Virus record (IMG/VR): IMGVR_UViG_3300044513_003764 | Span: 14,451 to 78,450 of that record | Direction: 5' to 3' (one strand) | Length of the DNA: 64,000 bases | From: a virus | Taxonomy: Duplodnaviria > Caudoviricetes | Shown: piece after piece, positions 1 to 9,950 of the stretch | Position numbering within the stretch: the first letter of the stretch is position 1 | Layout of the letters: each line of letters begins with the position of its first letter | Notes under the pieces: model-generated | The model's database searches: none | Seen by the model: only the letters and a program-made list of their open reading frames with translations | What the model was told of the DNA's origin: nothing | Program-made: the position numbers and the translations under genes

Positions 1-1
1 A

Positions 2-412
2 TGCTTTACGATCGAGAAGTTCGACTCTGCTCTTAAGGCTGCGAATAGAGCCAGGAACCTCCAGAGGAACCTGAAAAACAAAAGCGAAAGTAAAATCTCG
101 TCGACAACTGTAAAGACGCCTAGCAAAAAAGTTAAAAAGAAAGTAGCTTATACGCCAAAGCTGTATACGCTTGCGGAAACAGAGGCGATGCCCCTCCTTA
201 GATTCCAAGAGGTGTGGGTTATTACCCGTGAAAACCTGTACGTACAGGACTGTCTGGACAAAGAGAATAAAAGATTAGTTCGCTATACCCCGGATAAAGA
301 CAAAGCAAAGTACTACAAGGACCACGAGGAGGCCAAGATGACCATGCGTGTGCTGAAGGGAGTCGTTGGTCCTGGATTCGACCTGAAGAGGTTCTTTGTA
401 GAAAACAACTAA
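2..412 (+). CDS. hypothetical protein, 5'-truncated by window edge
   Basis: The frame of ORF 188..412 is open back to position 2 (CFTIEKFDSALKAANRARN...), so the gene starts upstream of the window. Confidence 0.7.
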   Translation, partial: CFTIEKFDSALKAANRARNLQRNLKNKSESKISSTTVKTPSKKVKKKVAYTPKLYTLAETEAMPLLRFQEVWVITRENLYVQDCLDKENKRLVRYTPDKDKAKYYKDHEEAKMTMRVLKGVVGPGFDLKRFFVENN

Positions 413-445
413 TTCTTTTAGACTCAGAAGAAAGACCTCAGTAGC

Positions 446-664
446 ATGGCCACTCGGTACGCAGGTGATTATTTCGGGATTACCCTCGATGGCACCGAAG
501 ACGCTGACTCGCGTCTCGTCGAACTGTTCCCCACCTTGTCGTCTGCTGCTTTTGATAAAGATCCGAAGCAAACAAACAAAGAACCCAGACTACTGGGTGG
601 GTACAAAGCTGCCCCTGTGTTCGGAGGCTTTAAAACATTCGAGATGAGAAAGAAAGATCAATAA
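446..664 (+). CDS. hypothetical protein
   Basis: 72-aa ORF, co-oriented with its neighbours. Confidence 0.55.
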   Translation: MATRYAGDYFGITLDGTEDADSRLVELFPTLSSAAFDKDPKQTNKEPRLLGGYKAAPVFGGFKTFEMRKKDQ

Positions 665-702
665 AATTCGGTAGACTAGACTCAAAAGAAAGTTCTAAAC
701 AG

Positions 703-1584
703 ATGACTGCCACTCGGTACAAGTTACCTCCTTCGCTTCTGCGGTCGGCAGGGTCCAGGTTTGGCTTTAATCTGGCTGAACTCTTCGGTGACGAAGCCGA
801 GGGAACTGGAACCATGGAAGGTTTCCTGCCCTCCTTCCAGACGAAGACACTCGAAAAAGGTCGCGGTGGTGTCCTGAGCTATAAAGCTCCCAAGATGCCC
901 ACGCGGGAAAGCGTTTTCACTCTGACTCCCGCTCCTCAACAGGTGGCTGCTCCTGCACCGGAACCCACGCCGGAACCGGAACCCACGCCGACGAAACCGC
1001 GTTACGACGTTTCGAACGTTAAGTACAGCACGGACTTCTATGGCGACCTGACCCAGCAAGAAGCAGCTGGTAAAGCAACGCAATTGCTGCACCGTGCTAT
1101 CGGCGCGGAAAATATTAAGAGCCAGGAAGACTTCAACAAACTGTTTTCAGGTTTGTATGAAGACCTTCAAACCGGCAGGGACTACGGTCAAGACGTCAGC
1201 CGCTTCTACGGCGCTGCCCGCGCAGCCGGTTACGAACCTTACTCAAAAGGCGATAAAGGTATCGCTCCGATGAGTCAGGATCTCTCTGCGACCCAGGGTT
1301 ATCAGAGCTTTGTCGAAGGTCTGTACACCACGCCTGAGCAGATGGGTCAGTTCTATGACCCCGCAGACTTTGGTCGTCGGATCCTTGAAGGCAAAGCTTA
1401 CTATCGTCCGGGTGGAGTTCAAACCAACCTCGAACGGATCGGTAACATCGAGAACCGTATTACCGAATTAGGTGAACCGTTCTACGGAAAGAGCCAGCAG
1501 TATAAAGGCGGCTACCGCGCTGGGATCCCCGCAGACGAAAGCGATCCGTTCCGTCAGTACTACGAAACCTTCCTCAAAAGCTGA
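703..1584 (+). CDS. hypothetical protein with P/E/T-rich linker
   Basis: 293-aa ORF containing an APAPEPTPEPEPTP linker; followed by a terminator. Confidence 0.75.
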   Translation: MTATRYKLPPSLLRSAGSRFGFNLAELFGDEAEGTGTMEGFLPSFQTKTLEKGRGGVLSYKAPKMPTRESVFTLTPAPQQVAAPAPEPTPEPEPTPTKPRYDVSNVKYSTDFYGDLTQQEAAGKATQLLHRAIGAENIKSQEDFNKLFSGLYEDLQTGRDYGQDVSRFYGAARAAGYEPYSKGDKGIAPMSQDLSATQGYQSFVEGLYTTPEQMGQFYDPADFGRRILEGKAYYRPGGVQTNLERIGNIENRITELGEPFYGKSQQYKGGYRAGIPADESDPFRQYYETFLKS

Positions 1585-1601
1585 GGATTAAAACTAAAAG
1601 C

Positions 1602-1630
1602 AAAGGCTCCGCGAATGCGGGGCTTTTTTT
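1602..1630 (+). terminator. intrinsic terminator
   Basis: AAGGCTCCGC-GAAT-GCGGGGCTT stem followed by a T run. Confidence 0.8.
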
Positions 1631-1664
1631 ATGTACACTTCAGCCCAAGGGACTAAGACAAGAA

Positions 1665-2192
1665 GTGCATACACAGTACTCCATAACACTAGAGAAAAAT
1701 AAAACTAAGACAGTATTAGCCATAACCGCAAACGATGCTGGCCACGCGCAAGCTCAATCCAGGGACATAGCCAGAGCCCTACGTGCAGACAGGTTCGAAC
1801 TCTTATACGAGGAGGCCAAGGAGACAGGTCTCAGCAGACTGTTTAAAAAACTTGCATACAACGAGTTTGATCACAAGACGTGCGAGCTTTGGGAAGAGGG
1901 CTCCGTCAACGGAGTGCCTGTGACTTACATGCTCAACAACCGCTTCTATGTAAGACCAGTAGTGTTGGACTACTTAGACATAACAAGAGAAGAAGTCGTG
2001 TCTCCCTTGTGCGGAAATAAGATGTGTGTGAATCCATACCACAATAAATACAAAGCAACAAGAGCATCGAAATTAAGTGGCGCAGACATGAATTTGGCGC
2101 TAGCCTTCAGCAGCCAAGGCGTTCCTGTAAAGGAGATCGCCAAGGTCCTCAAAGTACACAGATCAACGATCTACCGAATCCTCAACAAATGA
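1665..2192 (+). CDS. HNH-fold (probably inactive) plus C-terminal HTH DNA-binding protein
   Basis: CELW...CGNKMCVNPYH resembles HNH_3 (HxCDNxxCVNPxH) but lacks the catalytic His; C-terminal GVPVKEIAKVLKVHRSTIYRIL is a Hin-type HTH. Confidence 0.65.
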   Translation: MHTQYSITLEKNKTKTVLAITANDAGHAQAQSRDIARALRADRFELLYEEAKETGLSRLFKKLAYNEFDHKTCELWEEGSVNGVPVTYMLNNRFYVRPVVLDYLDITREEVVSPLCGNKMCVNPYHNKYKATRASKLSGADMNLALAFSSQGVPVKEIAKVLKVHRSTIYRILNK

Positions 2193-2833
2193 ACGTCTTT
2201 GTTCTTGGGTTGCGAGCTTCCAGCGACGCCCTCCTCGAAGAGGAAACCGTTTCACTGACAGCTGAGTCGCTCCCAGCTACCGAAAAGAAAGTTGCCACCA
2301 AGGTCTGCCTCGTTCAAAAGGCAGATCACTACGTCGGCAAACTTCTCAAAGAAGTCCAAGAAGGAGAAACCTTCTTTGCCATTGGACCGACGAAGGCGGA
2401 TCCGGATGGCGTACTGAAGATGCAACCCATGCTGGTTGTCAGGAAGGAAAACTGGGATGACCTTCTCGCGGTCAACCTGTTTGTCGCCACGGGTGGTCTT
2501 GGTCCTAAGACCGAGGAAACTCAACTGGCTGACAACACTGTCACTAACCGTTCGCTTGCTTGGCAAGACGAAAAACAAGAAACAAGCTGGATGAAGCTCA
2601 GCTGCTGGAATGAACTATCCGGACAATTGGCTGAACTTCCCCCAGGAACACCGACAATCGCTGTCGGGCGCGTGAGCACTTCGGAGAAAGAAGAGCGTGT
2701 GTTCCTGAATTACGGGGTGGATAAGATCCTGTATCTCCCTCGTTCGACGCGGTCTGCTCCTAAGAAAGCCGCTGATCCTGAAAAAGGACGTGTTTCAACT
2801 GCTGCTCTCGGTTCTCTCGACTTTTCGCTCTGA
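2189..2833 (+). CDS. ssb: single-stranded DNA-binding protein, tandem OB-fold type
   Basis: ETSWMKLSCWNELSGQLAELPPGTPTIAVGRV matches SSB OB-fold strands; the N-terminal half looks like a second copy; lies in the replication module. Confidence 0.7.
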   Translation: MNVFVLGLRASSDALLEEETVSLTAESLPATEKKVATKVCLVQKADHYVGKLLKEVQEGETFFAIGPTKADPDGVLKMQPMLVVRKENWDDLLAVNLFVATGGLGPKTEETQLADNTVTNRSLAWQDEKQETSWMKLSCWNELSGQLAELPPGTPTIAVGRVSTSEKEERVFLNYGVDKILYLPRSTRSAPKKAADPEKGRVSTAALGSLDFSL

Positions 2834-2839
2834 TTAACC

Positions 2840-3667
2840 ATGGTATTTATTGCTGGCAAATTTTCGGCTGATGAAATCCTCTGTCAGGTCCCGCCGCACA
2901 CGCTCCGTATCGATCTTCAAGCGCGTCGCTGGAAATCCGATAATGATCCTGACGCGGCCATCACTGACTCAAACGACAACGGTATACCCATTGAATTCAT
3001 CCTTCTTGGGTTTACACCGTATTTCGGTAACCTCGGCATGCGGTCGCATGAAGAGTTTATTCGTATTAGTTACATTGGCGTTACACCTTCTCATCGTCTT
3101 CTTCCGCCACGCTGCGTATGTACAAGCATTATTAGTGGCAAGTCGAGTCAGAAGAACTTTATCTCGTACTTCCAAACGCTCTACAACAATCGTATTAACG
3201 TAGGCGAGATCATCACCTCGACTAAGTTTGCGCAGAAATCCTTTAACGAGCGGGATCCGGTCACTGGTGCGGATGGTGCAAAGATCAACTACAACGTCCT
3301 CGAGTTCAAGGATCGCCCAGCTCAAAACGACGATGAGAAAAAACTCATCGAGGATATTGGAGCTTGGCTCGAAAGCGATGGAGGAGAGTTGGTATCAAGT
3401 GCTCTTCGCAGTAGTATCTCCGGTGCGAATCTGGTCGAGCTACCTCTGGGAGAGGACCACGCGGCAATCAAAGAAGCTTTTATTGACGCGAATCCCAAGA
3501 GACTAGAGGGGCAAGCACCTGCTTCGCTTCAATCTCTCCCTCCCTCAGCAGGCGAACCTGGAGCTAAGGCGACCAAAGAACCTCCTGCTGCAAAGAAGGA
3601 GACTACCAGTAAGGAGTTATCGGAAGAGCAAAAAGCAGCTCTTAAAGCTGCCGGTCTCGAGATCTGA
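2840..3667 (+). CDS. hypothetical replication/recombination-module protein
   Basis: 275-aa ORF between ssb and the exonuclease, with a low-complexity charged C-terminal tail. Confidence 0.7.
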   Translation: MVFIAGKFSADEILCQVPPHTLRIDLQARRWKSDNDPDAAITDSNDNGIPIEFILLGFTPYFGNLGMRSHEEFIRISYIGVTPSHRLLPPRCVCTSIISGKSSQKNFISYFQTLYNNRINVGEIITSTKFAQKSFNERDPVTGADGAKINYNVLEFKDRPAQNDDEKKLIEDIGAWLESDGGELVSSALRSSISGANLVELPLGEDHAAIKEAFIDANPKRLEGQAPASLQSLPPSAGEPGAKATKEPPAAKKETTSKELSEEQKAALKAAGLEI

Positions 3668-3690
3668 CGCCTAACGTTCAATCCGCTTCG

Positions 3691-3716
3691 AAGGGTTCCG
3701 AGAGGAGCCCTTTTTT
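3691..3716 (+). terminator. intrinsic terminator between convergent genes
   Basis: AAGGGTTCC-GAGA-GGAGCCCTT stem followed by a T run. Confidence 0.8.
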
Positions 3717-3717
3717 A

Positions 3718-3954
3718 TTACATATCAATCAGATCGCCGAAGCTAGGCAGATCTATGTCGTTCGTGACGCAATAAGTCACAATATTTTCGAGCAGTTTTC
3801 CCCTGATAAGATAGCTTGCGTACATGAGACCTAAGTACTCATCTATCTCTCGCTCACTAAGTTGCTTGACACTGTCCAAAAACACACGGTGTGCGAAGGA
3901 CTGCTCAACTGAAAGATGAGACTTCAACTTATCTAGAACGGTATCCGCTTCCAT
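3718..3954 (-). CDS. nblA: NblA-like phycobilisome degradation protein (paralog 1)
   Basis: LSVEQSFAHRVFLDSVKQLSEREIDEYLGLMYASYLIRGKLL aligns by eye, without gaps, to the NblA pattern LSLEQxFxxRxFxxxVxxMSxxQAxxFLxxLYxQMxxRExxY. Confidence 0.7.
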   Translation of the reverse strand: MEADTVLDKLKSHLSVEQSFAHRVFLDSVKQLSEREIDEYLGLMYASYLIRGKLLENIVTYCVTNDIDLPSFGDLIDM

Positions 3955-4486
3955 GACGTTTTATCAGGTTCCTAAATTTGTTTTCTCCCCGATCGCCAGA
4001 AGCTCTTGGGGTAATGGATCAATTCTACTTCCGTCCGACTTTCAAGGACAGCTTGCAAAGCAAATAGCCGAAGCAGGGATAACCGAAATCGTCACCAACA
4101 GGGAGGAATCCAACCTGCAGGACCCAGAGTGGTGGGAAAAATATAGAGGCACAATCGACTGGGTAATAGCTATAACACAAGGAACACCTCAGTACACTCC
4201 TTGGATTACAGAGTACGGAATCGACATAGCTAAAGAAGGTCTGATCATCCTCGACCGACTGACCTTCCTTGAGCCCACGCGGAATCGTGAAGCGTTTTTA
4301 AATGAGTCCTCGTTAGTAAACATGAAGATTTTGTCGCCGCGCCCTGCATTCCGTGCAGATGGTAAGCAACTAAAAGATTCTGTGACATCAGCGTGGTTTG
4401 TATTTAAACGACCTGGCGCAGCTCGCTGCAGTACGTTCATCGATTTCGAAGTAGGCTGGGCGCATCCAAAAAATCTTCGAAAGTGA
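3953..4486 (+). CDS. degenerate homolog of small phage N6-adenine DNA methyltransferases
   Basis: DWVI...LDRLTFLEPTRNR...RPAF...KDSVTSAWFVF matches the family, but the catalytic TNPPF reads AITQG and the SAM motif is eroded (ILLPSDFQG). Confidence 0.6.
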   Translation: MTFYQVPKFVFSPIARSSWGNGSILLPSDFQGQLAKQIAEAGITEIVTNREESNLQDPEWWEKYRGTIDWVIAITQGTPQYTPWITEYGIDIAKEGLIILDRLTFLEPTRNREAFLNESSLVNMKILSPRPAFRADGKQLKDSVTSAWFVFKRPGAARCSTFIDFEVGWAHPKNLRK

Positions 4487-4797
4487 CCAAGCGTCTCGGT
4501 GCACTCTTAGAGCAGTTAGTGCAACTCCAGATCGAGCAAAATTCTAAGTTAGACAAGATTACAGCGTTACTTGTAGGCCAGCAGTTGCTTACAGAGTGCG
4601 TGGACTACCAAGGACAAGCACGATCACCAGAGGAGTGCGCAGAAATAACTATAGAAGGTTTCTCCGCAGCCTTGTGCTTAATGAGCGAGATCGATCAACG
4701 TAACAGAGAGTATCAATATCAGAAACAGGAATTCTTTATTGATCAGGAGGAAGATGAGGACGACGAAGAAGGAACTGGAATTACAGATTTGTTCTAA
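4483..4797 (+). CDS. hypothetical protein with acidic tail
   Basis: 104-aa ORF, start overlaps the upstream stop (GTGA). Confidence 0.65.
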   Translation: MTKRLGALLEQLVQLQIEQNSKLDKITALLVGQQLLTECVDYQGQARSPEECAEITIEGFSAALCLMSEIDQRNREYQYQKQEFFIDQEEDEDDEEGTGITDLF

Positions 4798-4823
4798 GCT
4801 AGGCAGGAATTGACACGTATCTT

Positions 4824-5603
4824 GTGTCCGATACCCGCGTTACAGTTAACGGCTTAAGGCACTACATTTGCAATGGAGTTCCTGTACCTCTTCCTTCGGT
4901 AACTTCAATCCTTAGTGCCACGCAGACAGAAGAAACGCGTAAAAAACTGGCGCATTGGAATCTGATGAACCCTGGGGTAGCTGATCAGGCTGCCGAAAGA
5001 GGAACTTGGATCCACTCGAGTGTTGAAAACTACCTGCTGGGTTTAAAGGTCGTCCCACCTGAAAGATACAGTCCCTATTGGAACGGTATGCCCGAGCTTC
5101 TAGATGAGCTCGTGAGCGGTGGGCGTGTTCTGTGGTCTGAAAAACCCTTCAACCAACCGCGTTGGTCATCCTATGTAGGAGACGATGGCGTCGGGCGAAT
5201 CCACTACTACGACGAAAAGACCGGATATGGTTACGCCGGGTGCTGTGACCTGATCTATATGAATCAAAATGCTGAAATTATTTTGGCTGACTTCAAGACG
5301 AGCAACGGTCCTTACTCAGCCAGGTTCCCACGCAAAGACGCAAAAGTCGACGAAAAAACGAGGAAGGCTTTAATCTCTGGTGTGTTTAAAACTAAGAAGA
5401 CAAAACTTCAACTAGCAGCGTATAAAGCAGCGGCGGAAGCTTGTTTAGGAATTAAGATTGATAAGACGCAAATTATCGTTACTACAGCTATAGAGGAGTT
5501 CAACACACAGATCTTTACTTTTGGACCAGAAGAAGTCGAGAAAGACGAAGAAAATTGGTTCCAAGTTGTGAGGCAGTACTACGAGGCCAAGGGTTCAAAG
5601 TAG
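4824..5603 (+). CDS. PD-(D/E)xK exonuclease (Cas4/MGME1-like phage exonuclease)
   Basis: LPSVTSIL, RGTWIH, YAGCCDLI, LADFKTS and QLAAY motifs. Confidence 0.85.
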   Translation: MSDTRVTVNGLRHYICNGVPVPLPSVTSILSATQTEETRKKLAHWNLMNPGVADQAAERGTWIHSSVENYLLGLKVVPPERYSPYWNGMPELLDELVSGGRVLWSEKPFNQPRWSSYVGDDGVGRIHYYDEKTGYGYAGCCDLIYMNQNAEIILADFKTSNGPYSARFPRKDAKVDEKTRKALISGVFKTKKTKLQLAAYKAAAEACLGIKIDKTQIIVTTAIEEFNTQIFTFGPEEVEKDEENWFQVVRQYYEAKGSK

Positions 5604-5706
5604 AATCTGCAGACCTCGAAAACGCAGTCTGAGAGGGGCTTCTTCAGCTTCTCTTCAGATTGCTTGATGACATTTCAGGCATACTGGAGGCACCCCGCGA
5701 CACACC

Positions 5707-8496
5707 ATGAAGTTCATCTGCTCTGTAAACGAGGTAGTCGCAAAGCATCTCCATCCTGAGACAGGCAAGATAGCGTCCGGGGGAAACTTCTCTGCCTTTA
5801 ACTCGAACTGGATTGCTTCCGAACTTGAGGCTTCGGAAATTGCAGGTCATGTTGGAGATAGTCATGGTCTCTGCGCTTGGCATCTCATAAACGGGCAGAG
5901 GAACTCCAAAGGCACCGGAGTAATTAAAGCGGGCTTAATTATTGTTGATATAGATAATCAAGCAGATCATAAAGATAAGGAAGGCAATAAAGTACAGAAG
6001 CAAGAATTAACTGTAGAGGAAGCCTTAGAGCTCGATATCTGTAAAAAATATTTAACTGTTGGTTACTACTCTCCTTCAACCACAGAGGCTTGGCCGAGGT
6101 TCAGACTCGTCTTTGGTCTCGAGTCTCCGATCGTAGATCCGAAAACCTACAAGTTTCTCACTCAACAGATCTATAGCCAGATCCCTGGATCCGATGTGCG
6201 GGCTACGACGATCCCAAACCTTTTTTATGGGGCCAAGGACAAGGAGGCAGTCTTTGCCTGCCCAGGCAAATTCATTCCGATCGACAAAGTTCAAGAGGCT
6301 GCAAAGGTCGCTGCGACAATTCCTGACCAGGGCGAAGGTGAAAGTGATGCCGAGGAAACCTTAAATACTCTCTGTGAGGACGCTGACGGTATAGACCTCG
6401 CGAGGCTGGTTTCCAATACTGTCCGTTCTGTCCTCGATGGAGAGGAAGTTGAGGACCGCAGCTCGACTATGGCAGCGGTCTTCAAGGAACTGCTCGGGTG
6501 GGCTAACTGGCTTAGTGAGCGTGAGATCCCTGTGCGCGTGTCACCCTTGACAATTGCGCAGGAAGCATTCTATAACATCTATGCGTACCCTCACGACCTC
6601 GATGGCAAGTTCGGTCGAATCCTCAATTCCATTCGGGATGCCGGTGACCTGCAGCCTGCAATTGCCTTAGCGTCCGACCTCGGAGGTCTTGCCGTTTGGA
6701 AAAAGGTAAAGGTAGTCAACCAGAAGGCCTTCCAGAAGTTTGCTTCCGATTCTGAAAAGGAAGCCCTAGCTGTCGCCAAGAAAGCGCAGCTAAATTCGGT
6801 TCTAGACATCAGCGCTTTCAGCCTCGACACAAATAAACCTGTTGTCGCTACAGCTGACAAAGCAACATCAACATCAACATCAACAACAAAAGAAGATCAG
6901 ATGAACACTCCGTCTACGCCCACGCAGCTCGTCAACCTAGTCAGCAACGCGGGCAACCAAAACCGTCAGTTCTCTGAGAACGACGTCGCAGACATCATCG
7001 TCACTAACCAGGGAGACGACTTCATCTACGACAGCTATCTCGATCAGTTCTACCACTATGACAGCGATGGAGATCTCTGGTACCACCAGGACGAGCAGCA
7101 CATAAAAAGGAGAATTGTTAAAGCTCTGGACTCTTTCGTTGTAGCCGGTGTGCTACCCAAGTACACCGCTTCGACGATTCAAAGCGTCTACCAAATCCTT
7201 AAGGCCAAGCTACTTCGCTCGGCTGATGGTGGTCGGAAAAGCGTGTGGAGTAAATCCAGAGGACTAATTCCTTTTTCCAACGGCGTACTCGACAGCAAAA
7301 CTCTCGAGTTTCACGAAGGAACTCACAAGGATCTTTTTCTCCGCTTCAAGCTTCAGTACAGCTTCCATAAAAAAGCTGACTGTCCTGAGTTCCTATCATG
7401 GATCAAAAACTGCCTTCACCCAGGGCAGGAGCTCCTGATTCGGGCTTTTGCTCGAGCAATCCTCACCGGATACACCTCAGGAGAAAGGTTCTTACACCTT
7501 GTCGGACCAGGCGGGACGGGTAAATCAACGATGCAGCAGCTCTTGGTTGCGCTCGCTGGTTACCACAGCACTCACACCTCAAGCCTGGAGATGATCGAAA
7601 ACAATAAATTTGAGACTTACAACCTGATCGGCAAACGGCTGCTCCTCCTAACAGACGAAAGCAACTACCAGAAGAGGATGGACGTCCTCAAAAAGCTGAC
7701 TTCTGCCTCTGACACACTTCGAGCTGAGAGAAAGTATGGCAAAGAGATCATCAGCTTTAAGCCCGAGTGCTTGGTGTGTATCGCTAGTAATGAACACATC
7801 ACATCAAACGATTCCAGCAGCGGTCTTGAACGGAGGCGACTCACTGTAGTTATGGATCGTGTCGTACCTCCGAGCAGTCGAAAGGAACTGATCTCCGTCT
7901 ACGACGACTGCATCGAAGGTGCGTTTGCGGAAGAGATGTCCGGAATCGTCAGCTGGGCGCTCGACATGGGCTATGACCGCATGAAAGACGTTCTTGCTAA
8001 CCCTACAAAGCACGTACCGTCGCTAAACGCAACGAACATCGAAGCCCTCATGTTTAACAACCAGTTTGTTGCTTGGCTCAACGACTGTTGTCTTTATGCA
8101 CCGAACAGCACGACACCTATCGGCCACGGTGCACGGAAGCCCTCGATCGAAGAGTCAGAGAAAGGACTGTATATAGCTAACGCTTACGGTGCGCTCTACC
8201 CCAGTTACGCCAACTTCTGTAAGTCCTGTGGCTACAAAGCCGCTGCTAAGCACAGGTTTGTCGAGCGGACTAAAGAAGCCGCTACCAACATCCTCAAACT
8301 GCAAGGTGTATCCCTTGTCATGAAAGATGGTATTCCGAGCCTAAAAGGCTTACGTCTCAAAGCTTTTGATCTAAAATCCGATCGAGCTTCAACAGGTCCT
8401 GAGCGTTTACCCTCCCCTGTGGAGTACGCACAAGATCCAACCACCACAAAGTGGGACACCGCTTTCAGTAAACATGACCCTGCGTCTCAACCCTAA
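5707..8496 (+). CDS. primase-helicase (N-terminal primase-like domain, D5/SF3 helicase)
   Basis: Walker A GPGGTGKST, Walker B LLLTDE, SF3 motif C IASN, D5_N-like IPFSNGVLD; N-terminal IIVDID and PRFRLVF primase-polymerase-like motifs. Confidence 0.9.
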   Translation: MKFICSVNEVVAKHLHPETGKIASGGNFSAFNSNWIASELEASEIAGHVGDSHGLCAWHLINGQRNSKGTGVIKAGLIIVDIDNQADHKDKEGNKVQKQELTVEEALELDICKKYLTVGYYSPSTTEAWPRFRLVFGLESPIVDPKTYKFLTQQIYSQIPGSDVRATTIPNLFYGAKDKEAVFACPGKFIPIDKVQEAAKVAATIPDQGEGESDAEETLNTLCEDADGIDLARLVSNTVRSVLDGEEVEDRSSTMAAVFKELLGWANWLSEREIPVRVSPLTIAQEAFYNIYAYPHDLDGKFGRILNSIRDAGDLQPAIALASDLGGLAVWKKVKVVNQKAFQKFASDSEKEALAVAKKAQLNSVLDISAFSLDTNKPVVATADKATSTSTSTTKEDQMNTPSTPTQLVNLVSNAGNQNRQFSENDVADIIVTNQGDDFIYDSYLDQFYHYDSDGDLWYHQDEQHIKRRIVKALDSFVVAGVLPKYTASTIQSVYQILKAKLLRSADGGRKSVWSKSRGLIPFSNGVLDSKTLEFHEGTHKDLFLRFKLQYSFHKKADCPEFLSWIKNCLHPGQELLIRAFARAILTGYTSGERFLHLVGPGGTGKSTMQQLLVALAGYHSTHTSSLEMIENNKFETYNLIGKRLLLLTDESNYQKRMDVLKKLTSASDTLRAERKYGKEIISFKPECLVCIASNEHITSNDSSSGLERRRLTVVMDRVVPPSSRKELISVYDDCIEGAFAEEMSGIVSWALDMGYDRMKDVLANPTKHVPSLNATNIEALMFNNQFVAWLNDCCLYAPNSTTPIGHGARKPSIEESEKGLYIANAYGALYPSYANFCKSCGYKAAAKHRFVERTKEAATNILKLQGVSLVMKDGIPSLKGLRLKAFDLKSDRASTGPERLPSPVEYAQDPTTTKWDTAFSKHDPASQP

Positions 8497-9049
8497 TCTG
8501 ACACTCGCTGTCCTAGGTGCCATTGGCATTGGGACTGCAGTTACTTTCACCGCTCCTCAGCAGTTGGGTACTGCCTTTGCTTTCGGAGGAGGGCTTATCG
8601 GCGGGGCGGGTATCGCCAGGGACCGACACCGCAAATCTCAGGTAAACAAAGACAACGCGCAGAGGGTGACTGGCATATTCAGTGCACTGTATGAGAGCAA
8701 TCGAGGGCTCGTAGACCCACTTCAATTGGCATTAATCGCAGATATCCCTGCGACTCAGGCTCACGGTTTTCTGACCGGGTTGGCTGAAAATATCGGAGGT
8801 CAGAAAATCCCTCATAAAAATGGCAACGGAGTCCTTTTCTCGTTTCCCCACACCAGCAACGCGTTAGACGAGCTGACCGCAAACGCTCAGAACTGGGCGC
8901 AGGCTCAGGTGCAGCAGATGGCGGCAGAGCTCGAGGGTCAGCGCCGAGCGCTCCAATTGGCGCAACTCCAAAACGCTGCTAAGGCCGCGACCCCGGCACC
9001 TCAGCAAGACCCCTGGACTCAAACCGGTCAGATGCCGGGTCAGCTGTGA
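8474..9049 (+). CDS. membrane-anchored hypothetical protein
   Basis: Two N-terminal hydrophobic segments and a Q/A-rich coiled-coil C-terminus; overlaps the primase stop. Confidence 0.7.
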   Translation: MTLRLNPNLTLAVLGAIGIGTAVTFTAPQQLGTAFAFGGGLIGGAGIARDRHRKSQVNKDNAQRVTGIFSALYESNRGLVDPLQLALIADIPATQAHGFLTGLAENIGGQKIPHKNGNGVLFSFPHTSNALDELTANAQNWAQAQVQQMAAELEGQRRALQLAQLQNAAKAATPAPQQDPWTQTGQMPGQL

Positions 9050-9122
9050 TCCCTGTTTGCGTCCATAAGAGCGTAAGTAAGAAGGTAGAGGTTCAGTAAA
9101 AACACAAGGGATGCGAGGAGAG

Positions 9123-9809
9123 TCAACGAAGGAAGTCCCAACCTTTCAAGCTACTCTCCTCGGACTCCTTGATAGCGTCAATAACTGTAGGCACTTGGTG
9201 CGATAGTTCGTAACCAATCGAGCGGGCGATCATGCGGTGCTCGCGTTGGGTCTCCTCTTGACCACGGAGGCCGACATAGTGGATGAAGCTGCGGATGGTC
9301 CCGCTCATGTGAAGTCGGGTAGGCGTGTAAAGAGGGAGAAGATTACGCGCACACTCGCGGGCGACCCCCTTGCTGAGCATGTCGCGATACAAGTCCTTCA
9401 GTTGATTATCGATATCCTCGAGGCGATCCCAAAAGTGCTCGCAGATGTACAGCGGGAGAACGTTTTGACTGCTCTGACGGTTCTTCTCAGCCTGAGCCCT
9501 GATCTCAAACTTCCAGGGAGTTTCAGAGACGTCTAAAGTTTCGATTGGATCGCAATATCTCTGCGAAAGCTCCTGATATACGAAACTTCTATGCCTCAGG
9601 ATCTGTGGCGAGATAGCCCGTGTAGTCGATATCTCGAAAGAAGCACTCGCCTGCTCGAAGACACTCCAGTGTCCGTGCTTAATGCAGTAACTCAGTAGAC
9701 GAGCGTACTCAGCGCGGTTGGGGTCTTTAGTAGAAACCCTCGCGTGCCTCGCAATAGTTTGCTCAGTATCAGGGGTAATCCAATCAAGCTCTGCTGAGTG
9801 CAGCTTCAC
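9123..9809 (-). CDS. thyX: FAD-dependent thymidylate synthase ThyX
   Basis: ThyX signature RHRSFVYQELSQRY; HGHWSVFEQ, GVARECARNLLP and QREHR motifs. Confidence 0.95.
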   Translation of the reverse strand: MKLHSAELDWITPDTEQTIARHARVSTKDPNRAEYARLLSYCIKHGHWSVFEQASASFEISTTRAISPQILRHRSFVYQELSQRYCDPIETLDVSETPWKFEIRAQAEKNRQSSQNVLPLYICEHFWDRLEDIDNQLKDLYRDMLSKGVARECARNLLPLYTPTRLHMSGTIRSFIHYVGLRGQEETQREHRMIARSIGYELSHQVPTVIDAIKESEESSLKGWDFLR

Positions 9810-9950
9810 TTAGCTCTTAGGAAACGTTTGCTGATAACGGAGCCTAGCAGTAATTTCACGAGGGTTCGAGACAATACGCGAAACGTCTAGCGGTCCTAAA
9901 CCGAGACGCATCCCCGCCATCCGCATAGTGTCTGCCTGGGAACTCATCAT
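9810..9950 (-). CDS. small hypothetical protein (46 aa), not in ORF track
   Basis: MMSSQADTMRMAG...QQTFPKS*; fills the gap exactly, ATGA overlap with the upstream gene, abuts thyX. Confidence 0.55.
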   Translation of the reverse strand: MMSSQADTMRMAGMRLGLGPLDVSRIVSNPREITARLRYQQTFPKS

